A stretch of 64,000 nt of DNA from a candidate division FCPU426 bacterium (GCA_963830915.1 CAWHOE010000053.1:1-64000); one strand, 5' to 3'. Counted from the stretch's first letter, positions 10,389 to 21,875 are shown. Translations and numbers: made by a program. Notes: generated by a model from the sequence alone, not told the origin.

Positions 10389-11480
10389 GTGGAAACCCTT
10401 ACGAATTTTTACGATCTCACCCTGGACGAATTGACCGCCCTGCTCACCCAATGGGGCGCCCCCCGCCATACGGGCGGACAGGTCTACCGCTGGCTCTATC
10501 AGAAGAAAGCCAGGAACTTCGAGGAGATGACCGACCTGCCCAAGGCTCTTCGGGAGGAGCTGACCTCCAAGGCCCTGGTCATGCCCCTAAAACTCCATAC
10601 CAAGCAGGTCTCCTCGGATGGCACAGCCAAATACCTTTGGGACCTCCCCCCCGCCGGCCGGGGCCGGGACGGCCAGGTGGAAAGCGTGCTCATCCCCATG
10701 TCCCGGGACGAGGGGGGCGACCCCGGCCACTACACCGCCTGTATTTCCACCCAGGCCGGGTGCCGGATGAAATGCGCCTTTTGCGCAACGGGCGTTCCCA
10801 AGTTCAGGCGGAACCTTTCCACCGCCGAGATCCTCGCCCAGATCCTGGGCATGGAGATCGACGCCTCCACCAAGTTCAACAACGTGGTCGTGATGGGCAT
10901 GGGCGAGCCCATGGATAATTACGAGGCCACCGAGAAGGCCATGCGCATCCTGCACCATCCGGAAGGCCTGGGCCTGGGACGCCGCCGTATCACCGTTTCC
11001 TCCTCGGGTGTCATCGACCAGCTCAAGCGCTTCACGAAGGACGACTGGCCCGTCTCCCTGGCCGTCTCCCTGCATAGCGCCGACCCGGAGGTGCGGAGCC
11101 GGCTCATGCCCATCAACCGCTCCAATCCCTTGGACAAATTGAAGAAAGTCATGCGGGAATTTACCTTCACCCGCCGACTGCCAGTCACCTTGGAATATAT
11201 ATTGTTGAAAGGCGTCAATGACTCCCCCAAGGACGCCCAGGCCCTGGCCGCCTACTGCAAGGACCTGCTTTGCAAGGTCAACCTCATCCGCTACAATCCC
11301 GTCCCCGGCCTTCCCTTCCAATCCCCGGATGACGACCGGGTCCTGGCCTTCAAAAACGACCTGAAAACCAGGGGGATGATGGTATTCTTGAGGGAGCGCA
11401 AGGGCGTGGATATCGACGCCGCCTGCGGCCAGCTGGGTTTCAAGGACGATAACGCCGCCGAGGGAACAAGGAGCCTTTGA
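10389..11480 (+). CDS. rlmN: 23S rRNA m2A2503 methyltransferase (radical SAM)
   Basis: CISTQAGCRMKCAFC, MGMGEP, SLH, DIDAACGQL. Confidence 0.95.
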   Translation: METLTNFYDLTLDELTALLTQWGAPRHTGGQVYRWLYQKKARNFEEMTDLPKALREELTSKALVMPLKLHTKQVSSDGTAKYLWDLPPAGRGRDGQVESVLIPMSRDEGGDPGHYTACISTQAGCRMKCAFCATGVPKFRRNLSTAEILAQILGMEIDASTKFNNVVVMGMGEPMDNYEATEKAMRILHHPEGLGLGRRRITVSSSGVIDQLKRFTKDDWPVSLAVSLHSADPEVRSRLMPINRSNPLDKLKKVMREFTFTRRLPVTLEYILLKGVNDSPKDAQALAAYCKDLLCKVNLIRYNPVPGLPFQSPDDDRVLAFKNDLKTRGMMVFLRERKGVDIDAACGQLGFKDDNAAEGTRSL

Positions 11481-11481
11481 C

Positions 11482-12459
11482 ATGAACCGATGGGTGGAGC
11501 GACTGCCCTTGAATGGGTCGGAAAAGACCCTTCTGAGGAAAGCCCTGAACATCCTGGAGATCTTCACCCTGGTGACCCTGCTCGCCGGGTCGGCGGCCAT
11601 GTTCATCACCCGCCAGCACCAGCCCATGATCGTCCCCAAGGTGGTGGGGATGGACCAGACCCAGGCCGAGAAAGCCCTGGCCTCGAAGGACCTGAAACTC
11701 AAGGTCATGCGGGCCCAATTCGATGAGCACGTCCCCCTGGGACTCATCAGCGAGCAGAACCCCCGGGCCAATTCCTACATCAAACACGGCCAAGTCGTCG
11801 AGGTGGTCCTGAGCAAAGGCAACCCCAAGGTCAAGGTGCCGGCCGTGACCCATCAATCCTTCCAGGAGGCCCAGATCATGCTGGCGGCCAACCGCCTGAG
11901 GGTGGGGCGGGAATCGGTGATGGTATCGGCTGAATCCAAGGACACGGTCCTGGGCCAGGTTCCGGCCCCGGACGAGATGGTGGATTCCTTTTCCGAGGTG
12001 GATCTGCTGGTCTCCCAGGGTCCCAATACGCCGGGATTCGTCATGCCCAATCTCAGGAACCAGCCCCTGGAACAGGCCTTCAAAGCCCTGCGACCCGCCG
12101 GCATCACGATCGAAAAGATCAAAAGCGAGGTCCACGACGACCTGGACTCGGAAACCGTGCTCTCCCAGACGCCGGATCCAGGCACCCGCATCCAGCCCAA
12201 AGATAGCGTTTCCTTCGTGATCAGCACCAAAAGCAACAATGACATCAAGACCCGGTACGCCAAGGTGGTTTTCGACATGCCCGAGGGCAACCCCAAAAGG
12301 CTTCAGGTCGACGTTTTTGACGGATCTGGCACACGCACCATATACAACAAGATGGAGTCTCCCAGGGACCATGTGGAATTGGATGTGACGGTCACCGGAA
12401 AAGCCTCGGCTCAGATCTATTTGAACCAGGAATTCGTTAAGGAAATACCCATCGAATGA
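11482..12459 (+). CDS. Membrane-anchored triple PASTA-domain protein
   Basis: One TM segment, then three VP.V/MPNL…Q.P…V.L.VS repeats. Confidence 0.88.
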   Translation: MNRWVERLPLNGSEKTLLRKALNILEIFTLVTLLAGSAAMFITRQHQPMIVPKVVGMDQTQAEKALASKDLKLKVMRAQFDEHVPLGLISEQNPRANSYIKHGQVVEVVLSKGNPKVKVPAVTHQSFQEAQIMLAANRLRVGRESVMVSAESKDTVLGQVPAPDEMVDSFSEVDLLVSQGPNTPGFVMPNLRNQPLEQAFKALRPAGITIEKIKSEVHDDLDSETVLSQTPDPGTRIQPKDSVSFVISTKSNNDIKTRYAKVVFDMPEGNPKRLQVDVFDGSGTRTIYNKMESPRDHVELDVTVTGKASAQIYLNQEFVKEIPIE

Positions 12460-12475
12460 CGGCGGAAGGTCTGGG

Positions 12476-12910
12476 TCAGAGGCCCAGGAGATGTTTCACC
12501 AGGGAATGGATCTCCGAGGCAGTCGAGGGCTTCTGGATGAACCAGACCAAGGGATCGGCTTTGTAACCGATCAGCAATTCAGCGTTGACTTGGTCGGCCA
12601 GGACGATCAGGGGTTTGTCGGCGGTCTTTTCCCGGATATGCGACAGGATCCCGGCACGGTCGCTAAAAGGCGCCTCCAGGTCCAGGATGACCAGGTCCAC
12701 CGGCTCCTTTTGGAGCATCTTCAAGGCGGTCCAGCCGTCCCTCGCCTCCAGGATCACGGCGTTGAGGATGTCCGGAGCCATGGTACCCCGTAAAAAAGCC
12801 CGGGCCGATTCCATCTGTTCCACCACCAGGATCTTAGGCCCAGCCGGGGTCTTGTGATCCCCCCCGCTCTTTTTCTTTTCCCCGTTCATCTCGTTCGTCC
12901 CACTACTCAT
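12476..12910 (-). CDS. Single-domain response regulator (atypical acidic pocket)
   Basis: ILVVEQ, LVILDL and KP receiver motifs. Confidence 0.75.
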   Translation of the reverse strand: MSSGTNEMNGEKKKSGGDHKTPAGPKILVVEQMESARAFLRGTMAPDILNAVILEARDGWTALKMLQKEPVDLVILDLEAPFSDRAGILSHIREKTADKPLIVLADQVNAELLIGYKADPLVWFIQKPSTASEIHSLVKHLLGL

Positions 12911-12943
12911 GCCGCACCTCGACTTTTCAAGAACAACCGCGAC

Positions 12944-13267
12944 CTATTTTATACCGTCCCGTTCCGAATAAAAACCCTTGGAGACCTCGATCATCAAGGT
13001 CATGGCCCTGACCAGTACCTGCTCGGCCGGCCAACCCGAATCCAGGTTCTTGATCAGTTCACGGACCCGCGCGATGAAAATTTCCGGCCAGGTCTTGTCC
13101 AAGGCCTGGGCCCGGACCAGCCACTTCTCCAGGCCCAGGCAAAAGGCGCGGATCGTTTCCCCGTCCGGACTTTTGACCATCGCGATGCGGGTCCCCATCG
13201 TCGCTAATTCCTGCTCCAGCTCCTTGACCAACTCCCCGTCCATCCGTTCCAATCCCCATCTCCCCAT
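12944..13267 (-). CDS. Uncharacterised ~100-aa helical protein, copy 1 (paralog of 28201..28539 and of the CheA N-terminus)
   Basis: KELEQELATMGTRIAM aligns with KDLERELATLATRIAL. It lies downstream of a sigma54 promoter; the start may be ATG 13243. Confidence 0.75.
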   Translation of the reverse strand: MGRWGLERMDGELVKELEQELATMGTRIAMVKSPDGETIRAFCLGLEKWLVRAQALDKTWPEIFIARVRELIKNLDSGWPAEQVLVRAMTLMIEVSKGFYSERDGIK

Positions 13268-13375
13268 CCATTGATCGACTTGTGTTCGGGACTCGCGGCC
13301 TGGCGTTGAGGTTGGTTTGGAAAGGTATGGATAAGGGCCAGCGAGTTCCGACCAGCATGTCGTTCTTTATATCAA

Positions 13376-13392
13376 AGCAAACGTCATGCCAA
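13376..13392 (-). promoter_or_regulatory. Sigma54 -24/-12 promoter
   Basis: Minus strand TTGGCATGACGTTTGCT matches TGGCAC-N5-TTGCW with one mismatch; intergenic. Confidence 0.8.
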
Positions 13393-13520
13393 TAACGAGG
13401 GAACAAAAAATGATCGAACAAGAGGTTTCTCAAGGACAATGGATCTACCGCCCCGGAACCAAATACCCAATCTGAGTAATCAAGTCGCAAAATGGGTAGT
13501 CTTCTTTAGGGACTAAATCC

Positions 13521-14294
13521 TCAATCGGGCATCAGGGACTTGGCGTTCTGGGCGATCTCCTGAGGGTTGGACGGCTTCATGAGGAATCGGATGTTCGGGT
13601 CATCCGCGAACTCGGCCATCAGCTCGGAAGTGATGGCGCTGGAGAGGACCATGATGGGCTTTCGTTTCAGCAAGGGGTTGGAACGGATGCGGCGGAGGAA
13701 AGTGAACCCGTCCATTCCGGGCATTTCCAAGTCGGTCAGGATCAGGTCCACTTTTTTTTGGGCCATCTCCGAGATGGCGTTCCTTCCATCCTCCGCTTCC
13801 CGGATGACGCAGCCGGAAAAAGCCTTGGAGAGGGCCTGTTTGACGAAATGGCGGACTACGGGGGAATCCTCGATCAACAGGATATGTTTACCTTCCGTCA
13901 CGCGGGGTTCGGAAGCTACCCTTTTTCCCCCGCTCATCAGGGCTTTCACTTTTTCCATCAGTTCGGATCGGTGTTTCCTTTTGACCAGGGCTTTCACTCC
14001 CGTCTTGCTCAGGAAGAAAGGCGCATCTTCCTCTTCCCGGTCGGAAAAGAGGATGACCATTCTTTTATAGGGCTGGAGAACTTCCAATAATTTTTCGCCT
14101 TCCAAAGCTCCCAGGGACCATTCGCTGATGACCAGATCGGGAGAGTGGGAGTTGATCAAGGACGGCAATTCGGCCGCGGACCCTGTCTCCACGACCTCCA
14201 ACCCCATGAGCTGCAGGCGCACCACGATCAATTGCCGCATCTCTTCCTGCGGATCGGCGATCAGGACCTTCATCTTGTAATCATCGCTCTTCAT
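13521..14294 (-). CDS. Tandem receiver protein (pseudo-REC + canonical REC), copy 1
   Basis: N-domain LVISEW has Glu at the phospho-site; C-domain has LIEDS…LTDLEMPGMDG…KP. Confidence 0.85.
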   Translation of the reverse strand: MKSDDYKMKVLIADPQEEMRQLIVVRLQLMGLEVVETGSAAELPSLINSHSPDLVISEWSLGALEGEKLLEVLQPYKRMVILFSDREEEDAPFFLSKTGVKALVKRKHRSELMEKVKALMSGGKRVASEPRVTEGKHILLIEDSPVVRHFVKQALSKAFSGCVIREAEDGRNAISEMAQKKVDLILTDLEMPGMDGFTFLRRIRSNPLLKRKPIMVLSSAITSELMAEFADDPNIRFLMKPSNPQEIAQNAKSLMPD

Positions 14295-15328
14295 AATTTT
14301 TTGATCTCCCTGGAGATGGTTTCAGCCATCTCGGATAAAAGCACCGTTTTGACCACCGCTTCCCGGGCCACCGCTTCCTTGGGCATCCCGTAAACCACAC
14401 AGCTGTCGGCGTCCTGGGCCAAGGTCATGGCTCCCCGATCCCTTAAGGCCAACATACCTTCGGCCCCATCCTTGCCCATCCCGGTGAATAGGGCCGCCAG
14501 GACCTTGGAACCTGCCGCCTCGGCGGCGGTACTGAAAAGCACGTCCACGCTGGGCTTCACATGGTTGACCGGATCACCCTTTCGGAGTTCCAGCTCGAAT
14601 CCTTGCCCTTTGCGGTTGACCGCCAGGTGAAAACCCCCGGGGGCCAGATAGGCCCACCCATCCATGACTTGATCGCCCGTCTGAGCTTCTTTTACCTTAA
14701 GTTGGGATAACTTGTCCAACCTTCGGGCGAAACCTTGGGTAAACTTTTCCGGCATATGCTGGACCATCAAGACTCCCGGTAGATCGGGCGGCAGGGTCCT
14801 CAAGACTTCCGCCAGGGCTTCCGTCCCACCCAACGAGGCTCCCAACACCACCAAGCGATCGCTGAGTTTACCCGATCTTTCCTTCTCTTTTCGTTTGATC
14901 TGGGCCGGCTCCCGATAAGCGCGGGGCTTGGCCTTGGAAGCCGCCTCCACCACCTCCACGAACCTCTCAAAAGCGCTATGGGCGAATTTTTCCTTGGTGT
15001 CGCCCTCGGGTTTCTCGACCACCGCCACCGCCCCCAACTCCAGGGCTTTCAAGGCCAGGTCGCTGTTCTCCTGGGCCAGGGAGGAAAGGATGACCACAGG
15101 AAGGGGGTGGTACGCCATCAGTTTCTCCAGGAAAGTCAGACCGTCCATGCGGGGCATATCCAGGTCCAAGGTGACCACGTCCGGGTTATGCCGGACGATC
15201 AGGTCCCGAGCCTCATAGGGATTCCCCGCCTCCCCGACCACCTGGAAGGAGGCCTTGGTCAAGATTGTTTTGAGGACCGTTCGGATGACCGCCGAGTCAT
15301 CGACGATCAACACCTTCCTTTTGCTCAA
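14291..15328 (-). CDS. cheB: Chemotaxis methylesterase/response regulator
   Basis: REC domain plus GASLGG, VQHMP, PSVDVLF and TGMGKDGA. Confidence 0.95.
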   Translation of the reverse strand: MSKRKVLIVDDSAVIRTVLKTILTKASFQVVGEAGNPYEARDLIVRHNPDVVTLDLDMPRMDGLTFLEKLMAYHPLPVVILSSLAQENSDLALKALELGAVAVVEKPEGDTKEKFAHSAFERFVEVVEAASKAKPRAYREPAQIKRKEKERSGKLSDRLVVLGASLGGTEALAEVLRTLPPDLPGVLMVQHMPEKFTQGFARRLDKLSQLKVKEAQTGDQVMDGWAYLAPGGFHLAVNRKGQGFELELRKGDPVNHVKPSVDVLFSTAAEAAGSKVLAALFTGMGKDGAEGMLALRDRGAMTLAQDADSCVVYGMPKEAVAREAVVKTVLLSEMAETISREIKKL

Positions 15329-15711
15329 TGACCCTCTCCCAACACGCGGGTGATGATCTCCTGAAGCAGGACCGGCTCAAAAGGTTTGCGCAGGAATTCC
15401 CGGACGCCCTTCTTGGCCAAGGAGTCCAACACCGTCTGGTTCCCCTCCGAGCTGACAACGACTATCGGGAGTTTGGAAAGCAATGGGTCCCCCGCCATCA
15501 CGTCGATCATTTCCGCGCCATTCATATCGGGCATATTGAGGTCGGCCAGGACCAGGTCCACCCAGTTCTTGCGCATCAGATCGAGCGCTTCCCTTCCATT
15601 GGAGGCTTCCCATATCTCGCCCAGTTCCAACCGGGTCATCCGCAGGATCTTCTTGATGATGTTCCTCGTGATGGAGGAATCATCCACGACCAGCAAGTTC
15701 AAAGCCATCAT
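15325..15711 (-). CDS. cheY: CheY-like response regulator
   Basis: VVDDS, ADLNMP, KPF; located between cheD and cheB. Confidence 0.8.
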   Translation of the reverse strand: MMALNLLVVDDSSITRNIIKKILRMTRLELGEIWEASNGREALDLMRKNWVDLVLADLNMPDMNGAEMIDVMAGDPLLSKLPIVVVSSEGNQTVLDSLAKKGVREFLRKPFEPVLLQEIITRVLGEGH

Positions 15712-15724
15712 GCCCCCCTTTGAG

Positions 15725-16226
15725 TCATAGATCCCGCTCGCCAGCGCTGTCCTTCACCGTCAAACGTCCATCCACCATGTAAAGCCGCAATGTCCGGCTC
15801 TCCGTCCCGCCCGTTTCCTCCACCTTCGGCAGGAGGTCGTTGCGCCACAGCATCCGGCGGGCCATCAAGATGTTCCTGGACCCGATATCGAAAAAAGAAC
15901 CCTCCGCCAGGGCCTTGGCCCCTCCGGCTATCTTGACCTGCAGGTTCTTCCGAGTGGCTCCCAGCTTGAACACTTGGTCCAGAAGCGATTCCAGCCCCGA
16001 GTCGCCGAAAGTGGCGGGTTTTTCAGCCGCCAGGGCCGGATTAAGCTTGGACTCGGGAAGCTTGAAATGGAGCATCCCGCCGACCTTCACCACCGGGTCG
16101 TATAGTGTCACCCCAACGCAGGACCCCAGGGAATAGGTCAACAGGACTTCCGAAAGGATCCGAACTGACGTAATAGTCCGAAACCCCGACCGTGACCGTT
16201 TTATTCAGAGTTGTATCCGTCGCCAT
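15725..16226 (-). CDS. cheD: Chemoreceptor glutamine deamidase, +1 frameshift near 16154
   Basis: V.V.D…SDP / EVLLTYSLGSCVGV, GGMLHF.LP, KIAGGA, IG.RN. Confidence 0.88.
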
Positions 16227-16241
16227 TTGAAAAATCCCCTT

Positions 16242-17081
16242 TTAAATCTTCATGTAGATCGATGGCGCCAACATCCGCAGGGAATGCTTGATACCGATCA
16301 AACTTTCGGACGAGCCAGTATATAAAAACCCTCCCGTCCTCAATACCGAAACCAACCGCCCCACCAGGGTCTCCTGGACCGGCTTTTCGAAGTAGATCAT
16401 CACGTTCCGGCAAAAAATAGCGTCGAAAGGATTACGGAACGGATAATCAGGCCCATTCAGGTTCATTTGAGCGAAGAAAACGCAAGTTCGTAATAACGAA
16501 CCCACTTGGAAACCCCACTGACCTTCCCTTTCCTCCGGGGAAAAATACTTTTTTAACCAGGATTTGGGGACCGGAGACGCTTTCCCGTTGTCATACCATC
16601 CCTCCAAGGCGCGGTGGACCATGGCTTCCGATAGATCCGTCCCCAACACCTTCAGGGGGGCCCTTCCCTGCAGTCCTTCCAAACCGGTCATCCCCAAGCT
16701 ATAGGCCTCTTCCCCGCTGGAACAGGCCGCGCTCCAGACCCGCATGGGTTCCCCTTCCCGTCTTTCAGCCTTGTCCAGAAAGGCCCTCACCGCCGTGGAC
16801 CTGAAATGCTCAAAATGGGTCGGGTCCCTGAAGAACCCGGTCTTGTTGGTGGTCAGGCAATCCACCATGCGGTCCATTTCCTTGCCCGAAGGGTCCTCCA
16901 GGACATGGCGGTAATACTGGCCGTAGGACTCGAACCCCAGCGCCCTCATCCTTTTCCCCAGCCTGGCCTTGAGCATGACGCTTTTTTCCCGGGCCAGCTG
17001 GATACCGCTGGCCTGGTAGAACATTTCCCGCAAATGTTTCAATTCACGCGAACCCTGTTCCATCAAGGCGTCCTTCCCCAT
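16242..17081 (-). CDS. cheR: Chemotaxis methyltransferase
   Basis: TTNKTGFFRD, RVWSAACSSGEEAYS, GTDLS, IFCRNVMIYF. Confidence 0.95.
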   Translation of the reverse strand: MGKDALMEQGSRELKHLREMFYQASGIQLAREKSVMLKARLGKRMRALGFESYGQYYRHVLEDPSGKEMDRMVDCLTTNKTGFFRDPTHFEHFRSTAVRAFLDKAERREGEPMRVWSAACSSGEEAYSLGMTGLEGLQGRAPLKVLGTDLSEAMVHRALEGWYDNGKASPVPKSWLKKYFSPEEREGQWGFQVGSLLRTCVFFAQMNLNGPDYPFRNPFDAIFCRNVMIYFEKPVQETLVGRLVSVLRTGGFLYTGSSESLIGIKHSLRMLAPSIYMKI

Positions 17082-17086
17082 GAGGG

Positions 17087-17660
17087 TCACTCCGATTTGT
17101 AGATCTTCGCGACCTGAAGCAACTTCGAGCTGATCTCCAGGCCCGCCTTTTTGGCGGCTTCCGGGTTGATCTCCAGCGTCACCTTGGAACCTTCCATGTC
17201 GAAGAGAACATCCCCGCCCTTGAGGGGGAACTTCTCGATCTCTGACACGGTCAGGACGCTGGCCCCCTTCAGGGCCGTCAGGACATCCCCTACCTTGTCC
17301 TTTTCCGAGTAGCTGATGAAAAGGATTTGGCATTTCCTTAAAGCGCCAGCGTTGGCGTCCGAGAAACCGTCGAAACGCTTGACCGTCAAGGGATGTCCAT
17401 CCACCGACTTGCCGGCCACCGCGTCGTCCAGGGCGGACCCGAAGGGATCATCCCCGAGCACTCCGATCACCATGGGCGACCCGGCCTTGCCCAGGGACTT
17501 GGCGGGCCAGGTCACGAACTTGGCGAAGTTATAGATGAAGGCCGCCTTGACCGTGTATTCGGAAACTTCCGCCCAGACCCCGAGGGATCCCAATCAGGAA
17601 GACCAAAAAACACAGGACCGCCCAGGTCCTCCCGACCTTTCGTTTTATGAATGTACCCAT
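17087..17660 (-). CDS. YfiR-family periplasmic protein, +1 frameshift near 17590 separating the signal peptide
   Basis: EY.VKAAFIYNFAKFV.WP, GDDPFG, ISSKLL.VA. RBS AAGGAG and ATG 17660 give a signal peptide in the adjacent frame. Confidence 0.85.
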
Positions 17661-17682
17661 TATCTTCTCCTTATGTCTGGTC

Positions 17683-18403
17683 CTAATATTGGACCGTTAA
17701 CTGTCCATAGAGTCTGGGTACTACTTGAGTAGACAGAACCCCTAAGGTTTGAATCGTTTCGGTGTGAGCGCCTTCCAGGTCCATGGCCCACAATCCCATA
17801 CTAAGCTGTTCATCCAGCTTCAGGGTGGTCCCAAAATCCAGACGGGAATAAGCGGCGACCGGCGGGATACCAGGATTGATGTTGGAATCATATTGATAGG
17901 TGGTATCGACCCAATAGTAGGCCCCGTTCAATCGCCACCCAGGCAAGGTTTCCCAGCTCGCTCGGGCGCTCAGGATGTTGTGCGGGGGAGGCGCCCCCAA
18001 TTCAGCGTTCGATGAATTGATCATGTTCTGGTCATAACCCTGATAGGTATAGGCCAAGGCCAGACTGAAGGTTTTCACCGGGTCCCACTTGGCGCTCGCC
18101 TCGCAACCATAGATCGCCCCGGTTCCGGTATTTTTGGCCTGGTATTCGTTGACGTTCCCGAACACATCCCAGATGGTCCCTCCCGCCGGGGAAACGAAGC
18201 TTCCGCTCACCTCCGGGAATGTCACTAACTGGCTGTATTGGTTGTAGAAACCCGCCAGATCGGCGGAGATTTCCTTGGTCAAGTTGGTTCGGTAACCAAA
18301 CTCATAAGCGTTCAATATTTCCGATTGAAGGCTGGCATTGGGGACCAGAGCCACGAAGTCCGTGACTGTGGTCGGCAATCCGCCATAACCGGCGGGCAAA
18401 CCC
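17683..18403 (-). pseudogene. TonB-dependent receptor-like beta-barrel, C-terminal part only
   Basis: N..L.SE.L.AYE.GYR, YG.E, AY.RLD, and a terminal strand R.YGQLTVQY; the N-terminus is replaced by foreign sequence. Confidence 0.8.
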
Positions 18404-21400
18404 CGAGCACACATCCCGTTCAGGAGCGCTTGGGGGATGGATCCACGGCCTCTTTTTTATAGTACCGTCATAAATGTATCTGGATCGTGTCAACAATATC
18501 CTTCCCATGAGGGCGTCTCTCTCTCTCGCCATTCCAGTTGCTGTTATCATTAAGCTTTAAAGCTCTCCCTTATACATAGAAAAGAGAGATGTCTGGGGAT
18601 TATAGGAACTTGTGCCATATTTGGGTTCAGACCCACGTTAGGTGTACATTTTCAGTACTTTCTTATAGGTTTGGTTTGGGGTGTGACAGTAACCTAGTAG
18701 TTTGATTCAAGACTCATTTGAGTAGATATTCTTTGTGAAATTTTGCCGAGTACTCTCTCTCTCTCGCGGGTTTGGATTGCTAGATGAGGAATGTCATGTC
18801 GTCGAGTCCTCCTGTGTCGACATGGTCAGATCGTGTGCATCCAGTGCCTCTGCCATCGCCGGGCAATGGTCTCATCTGGTACTCTGGCATTTTTGTATGC
18901 ATAGATGATAGCTGCATCTGTGGATGATCCCTCTGAATTTCAGGTCCGTCCATTGGCCTGGGCAGTGTTTTTATTTACATTTTCAGGTATTTTCATTGTT
19001 GACATACTGCTGAAATTCATATGTCTATATTTTTTTTTTAAAAAAAATATTTTGGGTATGTTGAATTCTTTATGTAATTCGAAGAGCTCAAGCGGCCGTA
19101 CTCAAACTCCTTCCAGTGCTCGTCCTGTGAGAAGTTGTGAGAAATTTTTATTCCCATTGAAGTTTTATATGGGGTTTCTCCTGCTCCGCCGCCACGACTT
19201 TTGCCTGGAATTGTTCATGTTGTTCCATATGATATGGGGTTTCCGGGAGGCTTGGGATTGGTTGCTGTGGGGTGTTGGTTCAGAGAAGATGTTTGCATAC
19301 ACACTTTTCGCAGCGGGTGCATCTTTTGGAGATGATTATTCAAGTGAATCGGGTTGGTTCAGTCTGCTTTGCAGACATTTGACATTCCGGTTTATAGGTG
19401 GGGAGAAGAGGAGACAATTTTCTTCCTGGGTTGCTTTGGGTGCTCCTTTGGGTGGCTGGTGGGTGTAGGGTTTGATGATTCTTATTCACATGCCACTATG
19501 GTGTTTCTTGTGCAGTCAACAGCTTCCTTGATCTGCATCATCTTTGTGATAAACAACAACAGAATCTTCCACTCCCTTCCAAAGGGATAAACAACAGGAT
19601 CCAGTTCATTTCATCGACGAAGTGACACTGCCTTCTTTTGAACCCTGTTCTTTGTAGCACATTGTTAAATTATTACTCATAGAGATGTCTGCCACCATGA
19701 GATGCAGGCATTTTGTCTTTTTGTTGAGATTGGTTGTTTACCTCGCTGTGTGACATGGCCCAGCATCCGATTATATTTCCTTCTCTTGCTTCTCTGGCTG
19801 TTACCTGTGAATCTCTGCATGCATGGTCAAAATATTGGACCCCAGTGTGTGTGTCTTTTGATTTGCAGTCACCAACACGGCCCCATGTGGTCTCATTGAG
19901 GTGATCAGCTTCTTCGTCAGGTGACCACCACATTACTCCGTATTCAGAACCTTGTCAGAGCTTCGAGCTCTGTACATCATTGTTAAATCCCTGTGTCTAG
20001 CTCTTGCCTCGACCGGGAGACCAGTCACAGAGCTTGAAATTTTTCTTTGCCTGCCCATCTGGCTTGCAGTGAGCCGGCAACCATCCCTTTCGGCTGTGAT
20101 CTTTGTGAAACAGTGTCTTCTTGCTACTCTCCAGGGACAGGTACTGCCAACATAGAGATGGGTGCCACCACACTCTCTTTGTATATTTTCATGCTATCTT
20201 CTTTTTGATCTTCCTGCTTCTTCCTTTCTGGGCCCTTTTCCAAAACCTGCCCCCTTGACACTATTCCAATCATTAGAAATTCTGGACATCTCGAGGAGTT
20301 AGGCCATGGGGCAAAATATTAAATCTTCGAGGGGGTAGTGAGATGCTGGTCCGTCGTCTTCCCAGTGGCCTTTGTTTGGGTGCCACATGCATACTGCTCG
20401 CGGGTTTTCCTTGAGGGTTACATACTTGCTGGTGACAATAAGATGTTGTCGATCTTTGTCTTTTTCTTCTTCTTTTGTCTTTTCGAATTGATTTCTCTCT
20501 TTTTCGAGTGATGCTTTCATGTCGGGTTAGGAGGAGTCTTTGGAGTTGTTGCATGACCTGGGGCTGGTCATGGGACATTGCCTTGACGCTGTGAACTCGG
20601 GATCGTTAGGTAGTATTCGCGTCTTGGCGTGTGATCATGGGCGCACGGGGCTCACCGCCATGGTGGATCTCCGGCCATACACCACCCGGGATTGTTCAGT
20701 TGGATGGACATAGTGCGGCCACAAGATGGGTTTGGCGCTTTTCATTATTGCAGTGCCTTGTGGTGGAGATGCTTTTGACATCTGCATGCCCGGGCATGTA
20801 TGGTTGTTTTCTTGATTCCATGTTGCTGGGTCGCTTGTTCTCGTCAACTGTGATGCTGGTGATGTTCCTGCAGCGCTGTTTGTTATGATGACAGAGAGCT
20901 GTCGTGTTTCCTTGCTGGTCTGCCTCCCATTGTGGTGTTCAGGGCCAAGGGTTGGGTTCCTGGCAATGAAGCATTTCTCCATGGTCTGGATGATGAAGTC
21001 ATCTTCCCTGTGTTTTCTTGTTCAGATACCTCCTTTCATGGACTGGGATGTGCTTTGTACCTTCTTGTTGTATTGAGGATGACCTTATTTAGCCTTTTCC
21101 ATTGGGTTGTGGACTGCTGTGTTTCTGTATTGGTTTGGAGACTGGAGGCCATCTTTCAGGCAGAGTGAGACTTGTAGGTGTCCTTTCAGGGAGAAGCCAG
21201 CGTTGCAGTGCAATGATGCCTGGCTATCTGCTTGGTGGTGGAGATGGCGGATGTCAAGTTGGGACAGTCTGGGTCAGGAGTTTTTGTTTAATGAGATGAC
21301 TGTTGAGTGGGTTGGAGTCGGGAGCGGGAGCTGACGAGGAAGGAGATCAAAGGAAGAAGGATCATGACGACAGGCCAAGGGTGAAGCTTTGAGCTGGGAG

Positions 21401-21632
21401 TCGAGTTCCTGCATATCCGTTGATTCCAGGGAGAGATGAGTTTGGACTAGTTGGAGTCCATCATCACCGTGATGTGTAGCTATTCCGAGAGCGTGAAGAC
21501 TGACTCTTCGAGGTTTGTGATGGCGGGGGCAACATTTGCCGTGTCCTCGGTGCTGCAACTGGACACTGATCAGATGGGTGGACAGCAGGACAGGTGTGCC
21601 TCCTGCTTTTCCAGCGACACCATCATTGCCCT
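18404..21632. other. Foreign, ORF-poor segment (eukaryote-like, possibly a decayed retroelement) replacing bacterial sequence
   Basis: (CT)n microsatellites near 18516 and 18752, a T/A homopolymer run near 19030, no coherent ORFs, and both ends fall inside different bacterial genes. Junctions are approximate. Confidence 0.8.
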
Positions 21633-21875
21633 CTCCAAGGTGCTCAAAAGGTCCTGGGCGGTCTTGGCGTCGTTGAAACTCAGGGCCGCCGTGCTGTTGC
21701 CCGCGATGATCTGGGCCAGGTTGGACAGATTCTGGACCATGATCTTGGGCTGGGTCACCCTCTCGTTGATCACGAACATCAAGCAAGCCACCAATAGGGA
21801 AATGGTGCTGGCGATGACCGCGATCCAGGTCACGTTATGGCGCAGCGGCATTTCCTTGAAGTTGAGGAATTTCAT
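21633..21875 (-). pseudogene. CHASE8-type (YfiN-like) periplasmic sensor protein, N-terminal fragment
   Basis: RBS AAGGAG; TM helix, then LA.IIA.NSTAAL.FND..TA..LL..L; truncated at the foreign segment. Confidence 0.75.

Noticed and set aside
9199..12372. Long antisense ORFs (e.g. 9199..10170, 10587..11771, 11440..12372)
   Set aside because: Shadow frames of hisG, rlmN and the PASTA gene, expected from GC-rich codon usage.
18905..21334. Short ORFs in the foreign segment as phage or viral genes
   Set aside because: No RBSs, recognisable domains or consistent strand; stops are frequent in all frames.
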